DNA from: an uncultured Planctomycetia bacterium
GTDB lineage: Bacteria > Omnitrophota > Gorgyraeia > Duberdicusellales > 4484-171
Direction: 5' to 3'
NCBI GenBank assembly: GCA_964536865.1
Contig: CAZHYN010000011.1
Coordinates: 15,248 to 47,247, forward strand
Length of the DNA: 32,000 nt
Below the pieces are notes generated by a model. It had not been told where the DNA came from, ran no database searches, and worked only from the letters and a program-made list of their open reading frames with translations. Made by a program: the position numbers and the translations under genes. The first letter of the stretch is position 1; each line of letters begins with the position of its first letter. Below, in pieces: positions 31,514-32,000 of this stretch.

Positions 31514-32000
31514 GTTATACTTAGAATTAGAAAACTCTCAGGTTAAATAAAGGAGGGCTGAGATTAGATTGATAAGCTATTTTGGACCCAACAAGAAAAA
31601 GACTCCGACTTCGTGGGAGGTTGGGTTCAAATCTCTATTCCATTGGTTATATTTAAAATTAAAAAGCTTTCAGATTAAATAGATGATGGTAGATATTAGA
31701 TTGCTAAGCTATTTTGGACCCAACAAGAAAAAGACTCCGACTTCGTGGGAGGTTGGGTTCAAATCTCTATTCCATTGGTTATATTTAAAATTAAAAAGCT
31801 TTCAGATTAAATAGATGATGGTAGATATTAGATTGCTAAGCTATTTTGGACCCAACAAAAAAAGACTCCGACTTCGTCGGAGGTTGGGTTCAAATCTCTA
31901 TTCCCTTGGTTATATTTAAAATTAAAAAGCTTTCAGGTTAAATGGATGATAGTAGATATTAAATTGTTAAACTATTTTGGACCCAACAAAAAAAGACTCC
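31514..32000 (+). repeat. Tandem array (at least 3.7 copies, truncated by the window end) of a 131-132-nt unit derived from the 3' part and 3' flank of tRNA-Ser
   Basis: Units at 31514-31645 (132 nt), 31646-31777 (132), 31778-31908 (131) and 31909-32000 (partial). Units 2 and 3 differ at 3 positions. Each unit ends in GGGTTCAAATCTCTATTCC(A/C)TTG, aligned with the tRNA end GGGTTCAAATCCCTCCCCCTCCG, and starts with GTTATATTTAAAATTAAAAAGCTTTCAGATTAAAT, aligned with the tRNA flank GTTATACTTAGAATTAGAAAACTCTCAGGTTAAAT. Confidence 0.9.

Noticed and set aside
31683-31814. Unit-length small ORFs in the tandem repeat (ATGATG...TAG, 43 aa, MMVDIRLLSYFGPNKKKTPTSWEVGFKSLFHWLYLKLKSFQIK), with the stop immediately followed by the next ATG because 132 is divisible by 3.
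   Set aside because: There is no SD. The frame is broken by the 1-nt deletion in unit 3, giving a different 34-aa product, and by substitutions in unit 4 (ATGGATGATAGTAGATATTAA). Variation is therefore not constrained at the protein level.
31514-32000. CRISPR-array interpretation of the terminal repeats.
   Set aside because: The whole 131-132-nt unit repeats with no unique spacers between short repeats. The period is far larger than a CRISPR repeat plus spacer, and no cas genes are in the window.

Overview
This is an AT-rich bacterial chromosome segment, probably from an uncultivated anaerobic diderm (TonB system, SurA-like chaperone, OM beta-barrel tails). Every credible gene, about 40 CDS and 2 tRNAs, lies on the + strand, and many junctions overlap or are 1-3 nt apart. 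In order, the window holds: the 3' end of a TonB-dependent receptor; exbB-exbD-tonB, with period-8 repeat arrays at the gene junctions; a porin C-terminal relic; a Fur-family regulator and a His-rich membrane protein that share a 21-nt dyad at identical spacing; and ArsR-def. Next comes a tightly coupled redox cluster: a Cys-less PDO-like::thioredoxin fusion, DUF59, a thioredoxin-reductase homologue lacking both NADPH motifs, HdrA-like, a CVGC mini-thioredoxin, HdrC-like, HdrB-like, a SAM methyltransferase, and a 2x[4Fe-4S] ferredoxin with an Arg/Gly tail. After that: an MBL hydrolase; an HD hydrolase with a frameshifted 3' end; trxA; tRNA-Glu(CUC); a zinc-ribbon orphan; hisI-trpE; rpsP; yajC; secDF; dut; a minimal mfd; and surA-like-pdxA-rsmA. 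The window ends with a DUF4912 + three GH57 + DUF2934 glucan operon, a small membrane protein, tRNA-Ser(GGA), and a tandem array of 131-132-nt tRNA-Ser-derived structured repeats that runs off the window. The best candidate for an undescribed system is the Hdr-like/TrxR-like/thioredoxin module (about 5.2-11.9 kb). It looks like a pyridine-nucleotide-independent, Fe-S/flavin-driven protein-disulfide reductase rather than a CoM-CoB or sulfur-oxidising Hdr. The second candidate is the tRNA-derived repeat array at the 3' end. All functional calls come from motif recognition by eye; no database search was possible.
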